DNA of 63,156 bases, counting the filler, from Octopus bimaculoides (lineage: Eukaryota): the NCBI RefSeq assembly GCF_001194135.2. It is 5 parts of 5 records of this genome, joined end to end, with 100 filler letters (N's around TTAATTAATTAA, not from the genome) between each part and the next. Parts side by side here need not be neighbours in the genome. Positions count along the whole stretch, not along the records: positions 1 to 26,859 come from NC_069002.1; 4 more parts are not named here. One strand, given 5' to 3'. The notes below the pieces were generated by a model. It was given only the letters and a program-made list of their open reading frames with translations. It had not been told where the DNA came from and did not search any database. How positions within the stretch are numbered: position 1 is the stretch's first letter; every line of letters begins with the position of its first letter. Of the stretch, positions 1 through 11,855 are shown piece by piece. The translations under genes were made by a program, and so were the position numbers.

Positions 1-393
1 GTGTGTGTGTGTGTGTGTGTGTGTGTGTGGATCAGCTATAGTTTGTTGTAGTAAGGTGATAGAAATTGCATTAGATGCAACCACAATGCAACAAATGCAA
101 TATACTTTTGCAAAAGCTCTCTGCTGCTACATTCAGTTGTCTTATGTTCCAATGTGGTTATTTATGGTCTCTTAATTGATTAGCATTAATCAGTAGACAT
201 AATATTGATCTGTAGTTTTGGTTTCTTGTAAATGAAGGCCAGTATAGAAAGCTGGGAGTCATTTTGCTGTTGTGTGTAAATATAACGAAGAAATATAAAA
301 TAGCATTTTGACCGTTTCCGCTTTCATTCTCGCTTGTTTTAATTATCTTTTTCTGGGAAATTAATCCAACACACACACACATGCGCGCGCGCA

Positions 394-1253
394 CAGGGTG
401 GGTGAAAAGTAAGTAGGCATTAAAAATCGGTAATAAAATCCATATTCCTTTCACAAATTTATTGAAACAAATGATACATGTTCTTTATTACATGGGAAAG
501 TGAAAGTAAATCTTCATATTTCAACGTAAGCACCGGTGGCGTCAACCAGTTTCCTCAAATGGCCAGGGATGGAATGAACAACTTTCTGAAGGACATCATC
601 AGCGATATCATTGAACTTCTGAATCCATGTCTCCAAGTCCTCCAGTGTGCGAGGTTTTGTCTTGTACATCTCTTTTGTGTAACCCCACAGGTTGAAATCA
701 CATGGAGTGAGATCTGGGCTTCTTGGACTTCTGGACTTTTGTGGTCACAGTCTTCAGGTTTTAGCTCCTCCACGTAATGGGGTTTCCATGGATGAAAATT
801 CAATTCTTTATGCAACACCGTACATATTGTGTGTCTTTCACAAGCTGCTTAACGTGTTGATTTTTGCAAGCTGCAATTAAACATTTCCTGCACTGTTGTC
901 ACACTCTCCACTGATTGAGATGTGGTTGGATGGCTACTTCTTCTTGCATTGTTCATTGAGCCTGTGGTCATGAGCTTTGCATGACAAACTTCTTATTGTC
1001 TCCAGCCATAGTGTTGTATGCTTACCTTTCCATACATGCCACCATCTCTGAACCAAAACAATGGAGATCCACACTTCATAGCATGCTGCTATCTTATCTG
1101 GCTCCTGGACAGTCAAACGACCAGCCCCCTGGCAAATAAGAAAATAAATCCCTATTTAGTGTTGTCTGTTTAAAAAATGTTTTTGTCCTGATTTCAAAGA
1201 AACTAAAAATTTTATAAGCAATTTCTAACACCTAGTTACTTTCCTCCCACCCT

Positions 1254-1254
<1 letters not shown>
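394..1254 (-). mobile_element. Degenerate Tc1/mariner-superfamily DNA transposon
   Basis: TIRs CAGGGTGGGTGAAAAGTAAGTAGG and ...CCTAGTTACTTTCCTCCCACCCTG followed by TA. Transposase remnants ACYEVWISIVLVQRWW, HKELNFHPWKPHYVEELKPED and a SPDLTPCDFYLWG-type motif. Confidence 0.85.
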
Positions 1255-1297
<43 letters not shown>

Positions 1298-3951
1298 CGG
1301 GGATTAATCTTCTATCTTCGATCCTTTGCACCACATGGGCTCAACTCCCCTCCACTCTTCATCTAACCCCCTCCTCCTGTCTCTCTCCCCCACCCTCCCT
1401 CCTACCACCCATCTCTCCCCTCCCCCACCTCCTGCTCCGACTCCTACTTCTTTGAATGTCTCTTCACCTCTCTTCATNNNNNNNNNNNNNNNNNNNNNNN
1501 NNNNNNNNNNNNNNNNNNNNNNNNNNNNNNNNNNNNNNNNNNNNNNNNNNNNNNNNNNNNNNNNNNNNNNNNNNNNNNNNNNNNNNNNNNNNNNNNNNNN
1601 NNNNNNNNNNNNNNNNNNNNNNNNNNNNNNNNNNNNNNNNNNNNNNNNNNNNNNNNNNNNNNNNNNNNNNNNNNNNNNNNNNNNNNNNNNNNNNNNNNNN
1701 NNNNNNNNNNNNNNNNNNNNNNNNNNNNNNNNNNNNNNNNNNNNNNNNNNNNNNNNNNNNNNNNNNNNNNNNNNNNNNNNNNNNNNNNNNNNNNNNNNNN
1801 NNNNNNNNNNNNNNNNNNNNNNNNNNNNNNNNNNNNNNNNNNNNNNNNNNNNNNNNNNNNNNNNNNNNNNNNNNNNNNNNNNNNNNNNNNNNNNNNNNNN
1901 NNNNNNNNNNNNNNNNNNNNNNNNNNNNNNNNNNNNNNNNNNNNNNCCTCTCTTACATCCACCTTCCCCTTCTCCCTCCTCGTCAACACCCCCTCATAAG
2001 CTCATCCCACCACACCCCAACACACTCCTACTCTACCTTCCCACTCCAACCATTTTGGAAAGTCTTAAGTTACCAACTTATTGATGGCATTTATCTGTCT
2101 ATTTATCTACTTCGGTCACTTAGCTGGTGTTCATTTGCATTTTCACTTCTTGTTCAAGCAGGGGATAACGTCAAGTGAAGTAAACAATCTATTTGGAAAT
2201 AATAAAAAGCTTATTTCCTTGGAGATTCACTGATTATCACGAAATAATTTTGTTCCTTTAGTACGGGAATTACTGCCCGGGTGCTGCAGTGTGAGAAATG
2301 ATAAATACGCCATTCTTGGCCCCGTTGCTCTTTCCTTCTGAAACTTGATTCCGCAGTCCAAGTTGCTGTCTGATAGCTAATCATCCCGTTAGGATTGTAT
2401 TAAGGTGAAAAGAATCTTGTTGGAGTGAGAATAAACATTAGTGGAGGTAGGGGGGAATGGCAGCATGAATTCCATTGATTCAACTTGTCTCAATGTGTAC
2501 AACAGGTTTACAGATTTATTCCTTTTAATTGTAAAGAATAAATCTTTGGTAAAAGTAGAACAACAGAAAGTATATAATCTTTCAATGGTCGTGGCTTTCC
2601 AATCAACATCTTTCATAATTATTACCACTGAAATTCAATGAATTTGAATATCAAAATAAATGCCATATGCTTATCTGCCAACCTGTATAACTAGTATAGA
2701 TAGATTTAAATAGGAATGGTTTCGGGCTGGAAGTGTAGCTTCATCTGATAGCATTGGGTACGATGTGAACTATTTTGAGTACTGAATCTGGTAAACAAAT
2801 CTTATGCGCACGTGTGTGTGTGTATAAATGTTTCTCTTTTGACGATTATATATTTGTAAGTTGCCAGGTTTTCATCAAACTCCTTATTTTCAGATGTCAT
2901 TGAATCAGTTTAGTTATTGCTTTCATTGTGTGTTCAATGTGGGCACCCCCACCTCCTTAAAACAATATTTGCCCATTATAGATAGAAAAGGAAGCAGTTT
3001 TAACACACACACACACACACACACACGCGCTCTGAATTGCTGTTTCATCTGTGAAGGGTGAATTTTTATTGAATTTTAATTTCATTTTTCACATTAACTA
3101 CCTATCAATTTTATTCGTTTCTATTTACCTCCAAAACTAACTATGAGGGGACCCTATCAAGACAATATCAAAGATTGGTTACACAGGGAAATTATTCAGT
3201 TCTTAATGAAGGGCTTGAACACCTGTCATTAGGAGTTAACATTGAAAATCTCAACTTTTGTTTTGCTGTTGGTCCTGTTAACTTGATAGCAAATGCTGTA
3301 AGGTGGTTTAAAAAAAAAAAATTTGCTTTTTTTTTTTTAATGTTTTGTTTAAAATGTGTACTTGTCTTTAAGACATAAATGCAGGAACAAAAAATAAATA
3401 TATACGTATTCTAATGTGAATCCAATTTTCTTTTGTTTTATTCCTCTCCTTTTCTAATGGTAACTTTATCCGTTTTATTATAAAACCACCCTGGGAAACC
3501 TGATATCTTTTGAGTGTTGTAAATTGGTTTGAATTTAACTTTCTTTCACCTTTTAACCCCTATTGTTAATAATTTGTTTCAAATACTGTCCATCTTCCAA
3601 TGGGAAGAAATTGACAAAATCAAAAACTTTAATTAGTTTTTAGAATTGTTCAGGTTTGAACATTATTGCAGAGTTAATTGAAATAATTTGGGTGATCATC
3701 ATCATTATCTCAACATCCTTTTTACCATGTTTGCATGAATGAGATGGAAGTCATTGAGGAAGGTTTTCAACTGGATGCTTTTTCACCAGTTTCCAAGGAA
3801 GGTAATATTTACCCGTGGCCAGACATGTTTTCATGGTAGGCAGGAAACCGAAGGCACCGCTGGTATGACTGATGCTTGTTGGCAATTATTGCATGATGTC
3901 AAGACAAGGAGACATCAATACTCGCCCACTCTGGCAGTCACAGACATATTA

Positions 3952-4823
3952 CGAGGTGGTATCAAAAAGTTCCTGAACCAGTTCTGTAGCGTGCCAACAG
4001 ATGGCAGCACACAGTTGTGTGCTCAGTGAGCTTCATGAGGCAGTGTGTCGAGTGACATTGCTGTGACAAGTTGTGAAATTGTGATCCTGTGTCTGCTGTA
4101 GTCTGCGATTTTTGTCATGGACAGGAAGTTGGAACAAAGAACCAATGTGAAATTTTGCATTAAACTTGGGAATCCTGCTACAGAGGTATTGAGCCTGCTT
4201 CGGCAAGCTTACAGTGAAAAGGCAATGGGTTGTATGCAATATTTCAAGTGGCATGGGCACATGACTTATCCACAGCTCAATCAGGAGCATTGTTTTTTTT
4301 TCTACCTCTGTGGTATTGTGCATTGAGAATTCATCCTCCCCAGGGCCAGACCATCAATCAAGAGTTCTACTGTGACGTTTTCGAAGCATTTGAGGGAGGA
4401 GGACATTCGGTGAAAGCGACCAGGTCAGCACAAGGAATTAGATTCTTCATGGAAACAATGCAGCCTGTCACTAAGCTGTCCTCACTTGTGAGTTTCTCAC
4501 CAGAAACATGGTATTGCTTCTGCACCCTCCCTATTTGCCAGATTTAGCACCTCCGGACTCCCATCTTTCATCTCTCCGAGATGAAAATGTGGCACAAAGG
4601 TCACTGTTTTAACACCATTGTCAAGATCCATAGCAAATCGCAGAAGGTCCCTGACTTACGGAAAACAACTTCCAGGCCAGATTCTTAAAGTGGCAGGAAC
4701 GCTGGGACCAGTGTATTGCTGTGCAAGTTGGCTATTTTGAAAAGAGATGATGTTAAAACTTAAGGTAAATAAGTTGGTTTTTTTATTAAATATAACTTAA
4801 TCTAAGAACTTTTTGATACCTCA
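3952..4823 (+). mobile_element. Internally deleted mariner element
   Basis: TA-flanked TIRs CGAGGTGGTATCAAAAAGTTCC and AGAACTTTTTGATACCTCA. Transposase pieces MDRKLEQRTNVKFCIKLGNPATE and PQGQTINQEFYCDVF, with frameshifts. Confidence 0.9.
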
Positions 4824-4949
4824 TATGCATGCACATTCATTATATGATGGATTTCTTTCAGTTTCCATTTCAAATCCATTCACAAGGTTTTAGTTACTCT
4901 GCAATGCAGAAGGACTGAACTTGAGACAGTAGAGTTACAAAGCAAATTT

Positions 4950-5500
4950 CTTAACGACACAGCTTCTTTGTGTGTATATTGATGGATCTTCTCAAGCATG
5001 GCATATCACCAAAAGTCTCGGTCACTAGTCATTGTCTCTGTGAAGCCCAACGTTTGAAGATCATGCTTCATCACTTCTTCCCATGTCTTCTCTCCATTGT
5101 TGGAGATCAGCACTTCTTCAAACAGTTGTCCACATTTATCTGCATCACATGACCATACCAGCGCAGTCTTCTCTCTTGCACATCACATCTGATGCCCAAC
5201 TTTTCTCTCGACGCTTGCACTATCGTACATGCACATTCAGTGAAGCATCGTTCAAGCCTACACATGTCCTTGACTGAAACAGCCCATGCTTCACTGCCTT
5301 GTGGCATGGCTGTTTGCACGCAGGCATCATTGCATCTGCCTTTCATTCTGAAGGAGAGGTCCTTTGTTACCAACAGAGGTAGGAGCTCTCTGAACTTTAG
5401 CCTATTCTTATTCTAGCAGCTATGCTCTTGGGGCATCCACCCCTGCTACTGACTTGGTCACCTAGGTAACAGAAGCTATCAACTACTTCTAGCTTTCCTC
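4950..5500 (-). mobile_element. RTE-clade LINE ORF2 C-terminal fragment
   Basis: KDLSFRMKGR...GSEAWAV...QERRLRWYGHVMQ, the typical RTE post-RT region, with frameshifts. Confidence 0.8.
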
Positions 5501-5894
5501 ACCTGGCATTTGATGGAGTCTCACTTGCATGTTCTATTTTTCGTATGATTTCTTCAGCTGGATGCCCTAACACCAACCGCCTTTACAGTGTGCTGGATGC
5601 ATTAAACCATGGTGGCATAAGCACTAAAGTGGTTGTAACGTCAAGGACGGGACAAGTTCACATCTCAAGCATATTGACAAGACAGGAACTTCTTAATCGC
5701 ATGACCATGCCTACACCTGAAACCAACTTCTAAACTACTTGAGCATCACATTTCTAATTCGTGATTAAATTTTAGCAATATCTGAAATAAGTAAAGAGTA
5801 AGAGAATTAATAGTGGAAATAAATTAGAAAACAAGCTTTTACATTTGATTTTTTTAATGCAACAATGATTTTGTAAATAAATCTAAACTTGAAG

Positions 5895-8800
5895 TCAGTT
5901 TGCAATTGCTACAGACACAACACTATCACCTCGAATAAATAACTGGTTCACATGGCGCTGACAAACTTTAGTCTTTAGTCTGTTATATACTAAACATGGT
6001 TCGATTCTTGAGGACAAACACACAACAGGCAGTTTTGAACCTGGTAATGCAACAGTCACATCTTGCTTGATCTTCCCACAACGTTCGTCATGTCTCTGCT
6101 TTGTTAGTTCACTGAATGTTCTGACGTTAAGTTCCTCACTTGAGTCTTCTTCATCTTCAAGGTAATTGCAGTCGTCGTCGTCACTGTTGTCATCATCTGA
6201 GTTACCTGGACTAGTTGAAGGAACAATTGGGAAAACCTTGCAAAATAAAATGAAACAAATAAATCAGTCATTTGTTATTTTATGTCCATTTTCCCATGCT
6301 GGCATGGGTTAGTGGAATTCATATGTGAGTGGGTGCTTAAAAGTTCCTGGCTTTAAGGTATCACAAAGAGCCTGGTTTGGGGGCCCAACATTCAGAGTTC
6401 TTTTGCAGGGCAAAGTGTGTGAATCTGAGAGGGGGAATATGTTAGATAAAAATCATAATTAATTGATCCTCCTGTATTTTCTTTTACCCAAAGCCAGAAA
6501 CTTTTCAGCACCCACTCATTACAGAGGCATTATTTTACAAAACTGATGCCCTTCTTGTCACTTTGCTGATTTTCATATAAAGTAGCTCATATCTTTGAAG
6601 GCATGAGAGGCTGATTTTTGTTAACAGAGGTCACACTACCAACACAGGAGACCATTCAGGTAAGGCAAATTAATGGTGTGTACCATTTACCATGGTTATT
6701 GTAGGCGCACATCAGTCACAACTAACTGCTGGGTGTATGGTTAATTTTTTAAATGCAAAGTTTAGTGCAGACATGCGCAACCTTTTCTGAGAAGCCACAA
6801 TTCTAAAAAAATATTCAAAGTAATTTTTTGTCAGGCAAGCAGGATGCAGTTTGCCCTTGACTGGTTTAGTGAAAAGAAAAGATGAGATTATTAGCACAAA
6901 CACAACATGAAAGACACTCTTTGAATTTGTTTGTCTTGTATTTCTGGTAATTAAGTCTGTTGATGAATGTGATCTGGACGTTATGTCAACAATAATCTGT
7001 GTTGGACAAACCACATTTCTAAAGTTATCAAAAAATCTCAGTGTCTAAGCACCACTCAGTAAAGCCTTTGTCAGCCATCTAGCTATATATGTCTATGGTA
7101 TGTTCACACAGTTTGCATCTCCACTCTGGAACACTCATTTTGTCCAGAATATTGATCAACTGGAATTGTCCAGCAATGTGCAACAATAAGATCATCATCA
7201 TCATTAAGAGGGCAAGCTGGCAGAATTGTTAGTATATCAAGCAAAATGCTTAGCGACATTTTGTCCAACTTTATGTTTTGAGTTCAAATTCTGCTGAGGT
7301 CATCTTTGTGTTTTGTCCGTTCAGGGTTGATAAAAAAAAGTACCAGTTGAGTATTGGGGTCAATGTAATCTACTTAACCCCTTCCCTGAATTTGCTGGTC
7401 TCATGCCAAAATTTGAAACTATTATTAAAGTGGTGAGCAGACAGAACCATTAACACATTGCACAAAATGCTTAGCAGCATTTCATTTGTCTTTATGTTTT
7501 GAGTTCAAATTCTGCTGAAGTTGACTTTGCCTGTCATCTTTTTGGGTTGATGAAACAAGTACCAGTTATGCACTGGGGTCGATGTAATTCACAAGCCCTC
7601 TCCCTGAAAATTTTAGGACTTGTGCCTAGAGTAGAAAGGATTATTATTATTATTTCATTCCAAGCCTTTCTTTACATAATAAGAATAAATTTAAAAAAAA
7701 AAAATATTTATGACAAAAAACAAAGTCTGTAGGGAATACTGAATATCATACCTTGATATCTCTTTTTCGTTTTGTAGGATAAATAGGTTTGCGGAATGTT
7801 TCATCGACATCTATCATCGCCTATGAAAATAAATAAAAAGACTGAACAATAGGTGCAGGAGTGGCTGTGTGGTAAGAAGCTTGTTTCTCAACCACATGGC
7901 TTTGATTGGCCCAAAGCTATAGTAGAAGGCACTTGCCCAAGGTGCCAATCAGTGGGACTGAACTCAGAACCATGTGGCTGGGAAACAAGTTCGAAATGTC
8001 AGATGAATGAGAAAGGAGTACTCAACTGTGTGTGTGTGTTAATCATTTGACAGGGTATGAAAATGGTGACACTTACTGAGTAATAGGACAAAAGAAATGG
8101 AGTGGTTGGTGTTCGGAAGGGCATCCAGCCATAGAAACCAAGCCAAAACAGACAATGACAGCTGGTGCGGCCCCTGGCCATACCAGTTCCTGTCAAGCTG
8201 TACAACCCATGCCAGCATGGAAAACAGATGTTAAATGATGATGATGATGAAAGATACTTCCAATTTCATAAAAGAAAAAGACGAGTGTAAAAGAAACAAA
8301 AAAACAAAACAAAACAAAACAAGAAAAAGGCAGAATGGGAATGTAAATTTCAGGATTGGTCTACGGTTGTTTTGTATGAGGTACTGTAAATGCTTACATA
8401 GTTATATTTACCTTGAAAATATGGTTGTTATATATAAAATACTGTAAAGGATTGAGTAGTTATAGTTACCATATTCAAGTGTTTATCATAGGCCACAATA
8501 AACCCTTGACAGAATCCACGTATATAACCAGCACTTCTCGTCCATACTTTTACTCGATGTTTCTCATATACGCAGCGTCTTAGTAAAGATAAGGGGCCAA
8601 CTTGATCATGAGCTGAGTAAAAAACATTAAGAGACTATAAAATCATTGACAAAACATGAATTTGAAAAAAAAAATGCTTCCATATTAGAAAACAGTAAAA
8701 ATAATATATTTCTCAAGTACGAGAGGAGGAAAAGTTAACCCTTTAAGCATTTAAAGTGCAACATCTGGACGAACTGGGATCACACGGACCTCGGTCGAGA

Positions 8801-9293
8801 ATCACTGCTTTCGAGTATTAAACATAAATATATGGCACCCCCTCCAGACAAGACCATGGGTCCTTAGCAGCTTTTGTTTAGAAGTGGATTTCAGGACAGT
8901 CCTGTACTCTGACGTATTGATTAGAGTGACATGATTAAAATACAACATACTTTCCATACGAGTGAAGAGATTTCTTTTATGTCTAGATTGTTGTTTATCT
9001 ACAGGTTCTTCAGATGTCAGGTCTGGTTCATTTGCAGGAACCGCTTGACCAGCTTTCGTTTTGTTTTCATCATCAGTTTTCTGAGATTGGTTGCTGTCGG
9101 TGCTGGTGGAGGCAGCGTGTTTCTTAACCGCTGATGTACGAGTGACAAGTGAACGGTACTCAGCCAAGTTATTAAGTGTCTTTATATTAGGATATGGAAC
9201 TGTAACATTTCCTAGGCGTAAAGCAAGAAGTGCATTAAAGTTGGGCGACTCAAAATCCAGTTCTCCTTCGACATCTTCAGATTTTTCCGCCAT
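5895..9293 (-). CDS. LSM11: U7 snRNP-specific Sm-like protein LSm11, 4 coding exons, 298 aa
   Basis: Exons 9293-8951, 8612-8470, 7820-7752 and 6236-5895 total 897 nt, all with GT-AG introns and matching phases (1,0,0). N-terminus LDFESPNFNALLAL...VPYPNIKTLNNLAEY; NLFTRM motif; Sm1 GPLSLLRRCVYEKHRVKVWTRSAGYIRGFCQGFIVAYDKHLNMAMIDVDETFRKP; long acidic insertion; Sm2 QRHVNQLFIRGDSVVSVAIAN-stop. A split Sm fold with this N-terminus is characteristic of LSm11. Confidence 0.95.
6326..6519. mobile_element. Mariner-derived MITE in LSM11 intron 3
   Basis: TIRs TGAGTGGGTGCTTAAAAGTTCCTGGCTTT and AAAGCCAGAAACTTTTCAGCACCCACTCA. Confidence 0.8.
7209..7650 (+). mobile_element. Two tandem copies of an abundant SINE in LSM11 intron 3
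   Basis: Both carry GGCAGAA..TTAG, GAGTTCAAATTCTGCTGA and AAGTACCAGTT..TGGGGTC. The same family occurs at ~12150-12310(-), 12575-12750(-), 18270-18425(-), 20395-20590, 22697-22800, 32483-32705, 43975-44140(-), 58446-58765 and 58785-58957. Confidence 0.85.
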
Positions 9294-9759
9294 GTCGTTT
9301 CTAACAAAGCTGCCATGATTTTTAATTCTTGGTTTCGTACAAACTTCAACCGTATTCTTAATAAAACAAATTAAATACTCCTAAAAAAATTAATAATTGT
9401 CTAAAATGTTCATATTAAAAACATTTCCCATTTAAAAATATATATTTTGTAGTTATTAGCATGTAAATAAATAAAATCTTTCGAAATTAACTTCTTTAGC
9501 AGCAGACGATAAATGTCGACTTATGTCACACACACATAAAAACAAAAAACAAAATTAGATTCCAAAATATCTGAACATTGTCAATTTACTTTTCAAAGAT
9601 AGATTACAAAAAGAATTGTGCTACATACATTTGCTGTAAAATAGGCAATTTTTAAAAATATTAGATGAAGAAGCGAAAAAAGAAACTATAATTTATTTTT
9701 AATATTTTCTTTAATATAAAGAACAAGTTTTTAGACAGTGTTATTAAATTGATACCTCG

Positions 9760-9799
<40 letters not shown>

Positions 9800-9949
9800 C
9801 TACTATATATTTTAATGTTTTTATTTTTATTTTTTTATCAATGAATAAAAAAAAAAACTTTGATTCGAAACTGCGTCGATAAAATAACTAACTAGTGTCG
9901 TTGTTATGGTAACAGTGACGCGTGGAAAGGATACAGTTTATGAGAAATA
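9294..9949. promoter_or_regulatory. Head-to-head (bidirectional) promoter region of LSM11 and the CCDC166-like gene
   Basis: The two start codons face away from each other, 656 bp apart (9293 minus, 9950 plus). Confidence 0.75.
9900..9913. promoter_or_regulatory. RFX X-box
   Basis: GTTGTTATGGTAAC, a close match to the palindromic X-box GTTGCCATGGCAAC, 36 nt upstream of the ATG of a coiled-coil gene from a cilium/flagellum-associated family. A TGACG half-site follows. Confidence 0.7.
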
Positions 9950-11268
9950 ATGCCGCCGAAAAAGAAAAAGCAGAAGAAAAAGACGAATTCTCCCAAAGAA
10001 ACAGTGCTTGTCCCCGAGAAGACTCTGAAAGAGACAATTCTAGAGAAACAGTGTGTATTTGTTTATAATCACCATTATTTTATCGATTAGGTTTTAAAAT
10101 GAATTAGTTAACCATTTTATGCTCCATGCATTAAATACGTCAACAATAAATTATCAGAGGATAGAAAATATAGTTCAACATCAGCAAGATTCGAAGTCAG
10201 AAATGTAAAAAGCCGATTTTTTTGTTGTCTAGGGGTGCCATGATTGTGTGGATTAAGAAGTTCAATTTGCTATCCTGTGGTTCCATTTGGAATCCCACTG
10301 GGCAGTACCCTTTGACTTAGAGTCTTAAAAATTTTTTTTTTTTATCACAGCCCCTTCTAATGACTAATATGTTCTGAGGGAAATTTGCCCAGTGGAAATG
10401 GATATATATATATGTATGTATTTGCATGTGCATACATGTAAATGTGTGTGTGTCTTTTATATTTTACTTGTTTCCGTCAATTGAAGAGTTTTAGTCAAAC
10501 AATCGACCCTAGGACTTATTTTTTAAAGCCTAATGCTTATTCTATCGGTGTCTTTTTGCTGAACCTCTAAGTTGCAGGAATGTAAACAAACTAACACTAG
10601 TTGTCTCGTGGTGGTGAGTGACAAACATTCGCACACAGACATAGATATCTACACACACACACACACATATATATATACAATGGGTTTCTTTCAGTTTCCA
10701 TCTACTAAATCCACTAATAAGACTTTGGTCAGCCCAAGGCTGTTGTAGAAGACACAGGTAGTTGGGAAGCCACACCTGCACCTACTAAAACCTGAAATTT
10801 GGTGGGGTGGTGGTGGTGGGGGACTAGTCAGTCTCAGAGACCTGCACCTTGAGTTTCCCATTACTGTGATCTTCAAGCAAACCTGACAAGACAAGATATT
10901 TGTGGTGTTTCTGTATCCTTTGGTGTACATGGGTGGTCCCATGCCACTGCTGGCCGCTTAGATATCTCATTGGTCGTATGGGTTGTAGTTGTGGTATAGT
11001 ATTTGTGGGGGGTGTATTCATTTATGGTGGGTTGGTGACGGATGTATTTATTTATTTTTACTTTTGTTTATTTACTTGGTTAATTTTTGGTTTATGGTAT
11101 TTACCGTGGCATGGTTTGTTCTAATAGAACATCCACGTTTAAGTGGGGATAAATATTACATCTAGAAATACAAAATGACCCACACATACACACAGCTCCA
11201 CAAACCCATACATACATACATACATACATACATACATACATACATACATACATACATACATACATACA

Positions 11269-11299
<31 letters not shown>

Positions 11300-11821
11300 N
11301 NNNNNNNNNNNNNNNNNNNNNNNNNNNNNNNNNNNNNNNNNNNNNNNNNNNNNNNNNNNNNNNNNNNNNNNNNNNNNNNNNNNNNNNNNNNNNNNNNNNN
11401 NNNNNNNNNNNNNNNNNNNNNNNNNNNNNNNNNNNNNNNNNNNNNNNNNNNNNNNNNNNNNNNNNNNNNNNNNNNNNNNNNNNNNNNNNNNNNNNNNNNN
11501 NNNNNNNNNNNNNNNNNNNNNNNNNNNNNNNNNNNNNNNNNNNNNNNNNNNNNNNNNNNNNNNNNNNNNNNNNNNNNNNNNNNNNNNNNNNNNNNNNNNN
11601 NNNNNNNNNNNNNNNNNNNNNNNNNNNNNNNNNNNNNNNNNNNNNNNNNNNNNNNNNNNNNNNNNNNNNNNNNNNNNNNNNNNNNNNNNNNNNNNNNNNN
11701 NNNNNNNNNNNNNNNNNNNNNNNNNNNNNNNNNNNNNNNNNNNNNNNNNNNNNNNNNNNNNNNNNNNNNNNNNNNNNNNNNNNNNNNNNNNNNNNNNNNN
11801 NNNNNNNNNNNNNNNNNNNNN

Positions 11822-11855
<34 letters not shown>

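Noticed and set aside
2389-3300. Exon-like segments on the minus strand (acceptors near 2628 and 3294, donor near 3128)
   Set aside because: The 3.1-3.3 kb segment has stops in all three frames, and the 79-aa ORF has no recognisable family. Possibly non-coding exons, but unsupported.
8802-8950. 3' part of the 163-aa ORF 8802-9293
   Set aside because: Read-through into LSM11 intron 1 beyond the donor at 8950.
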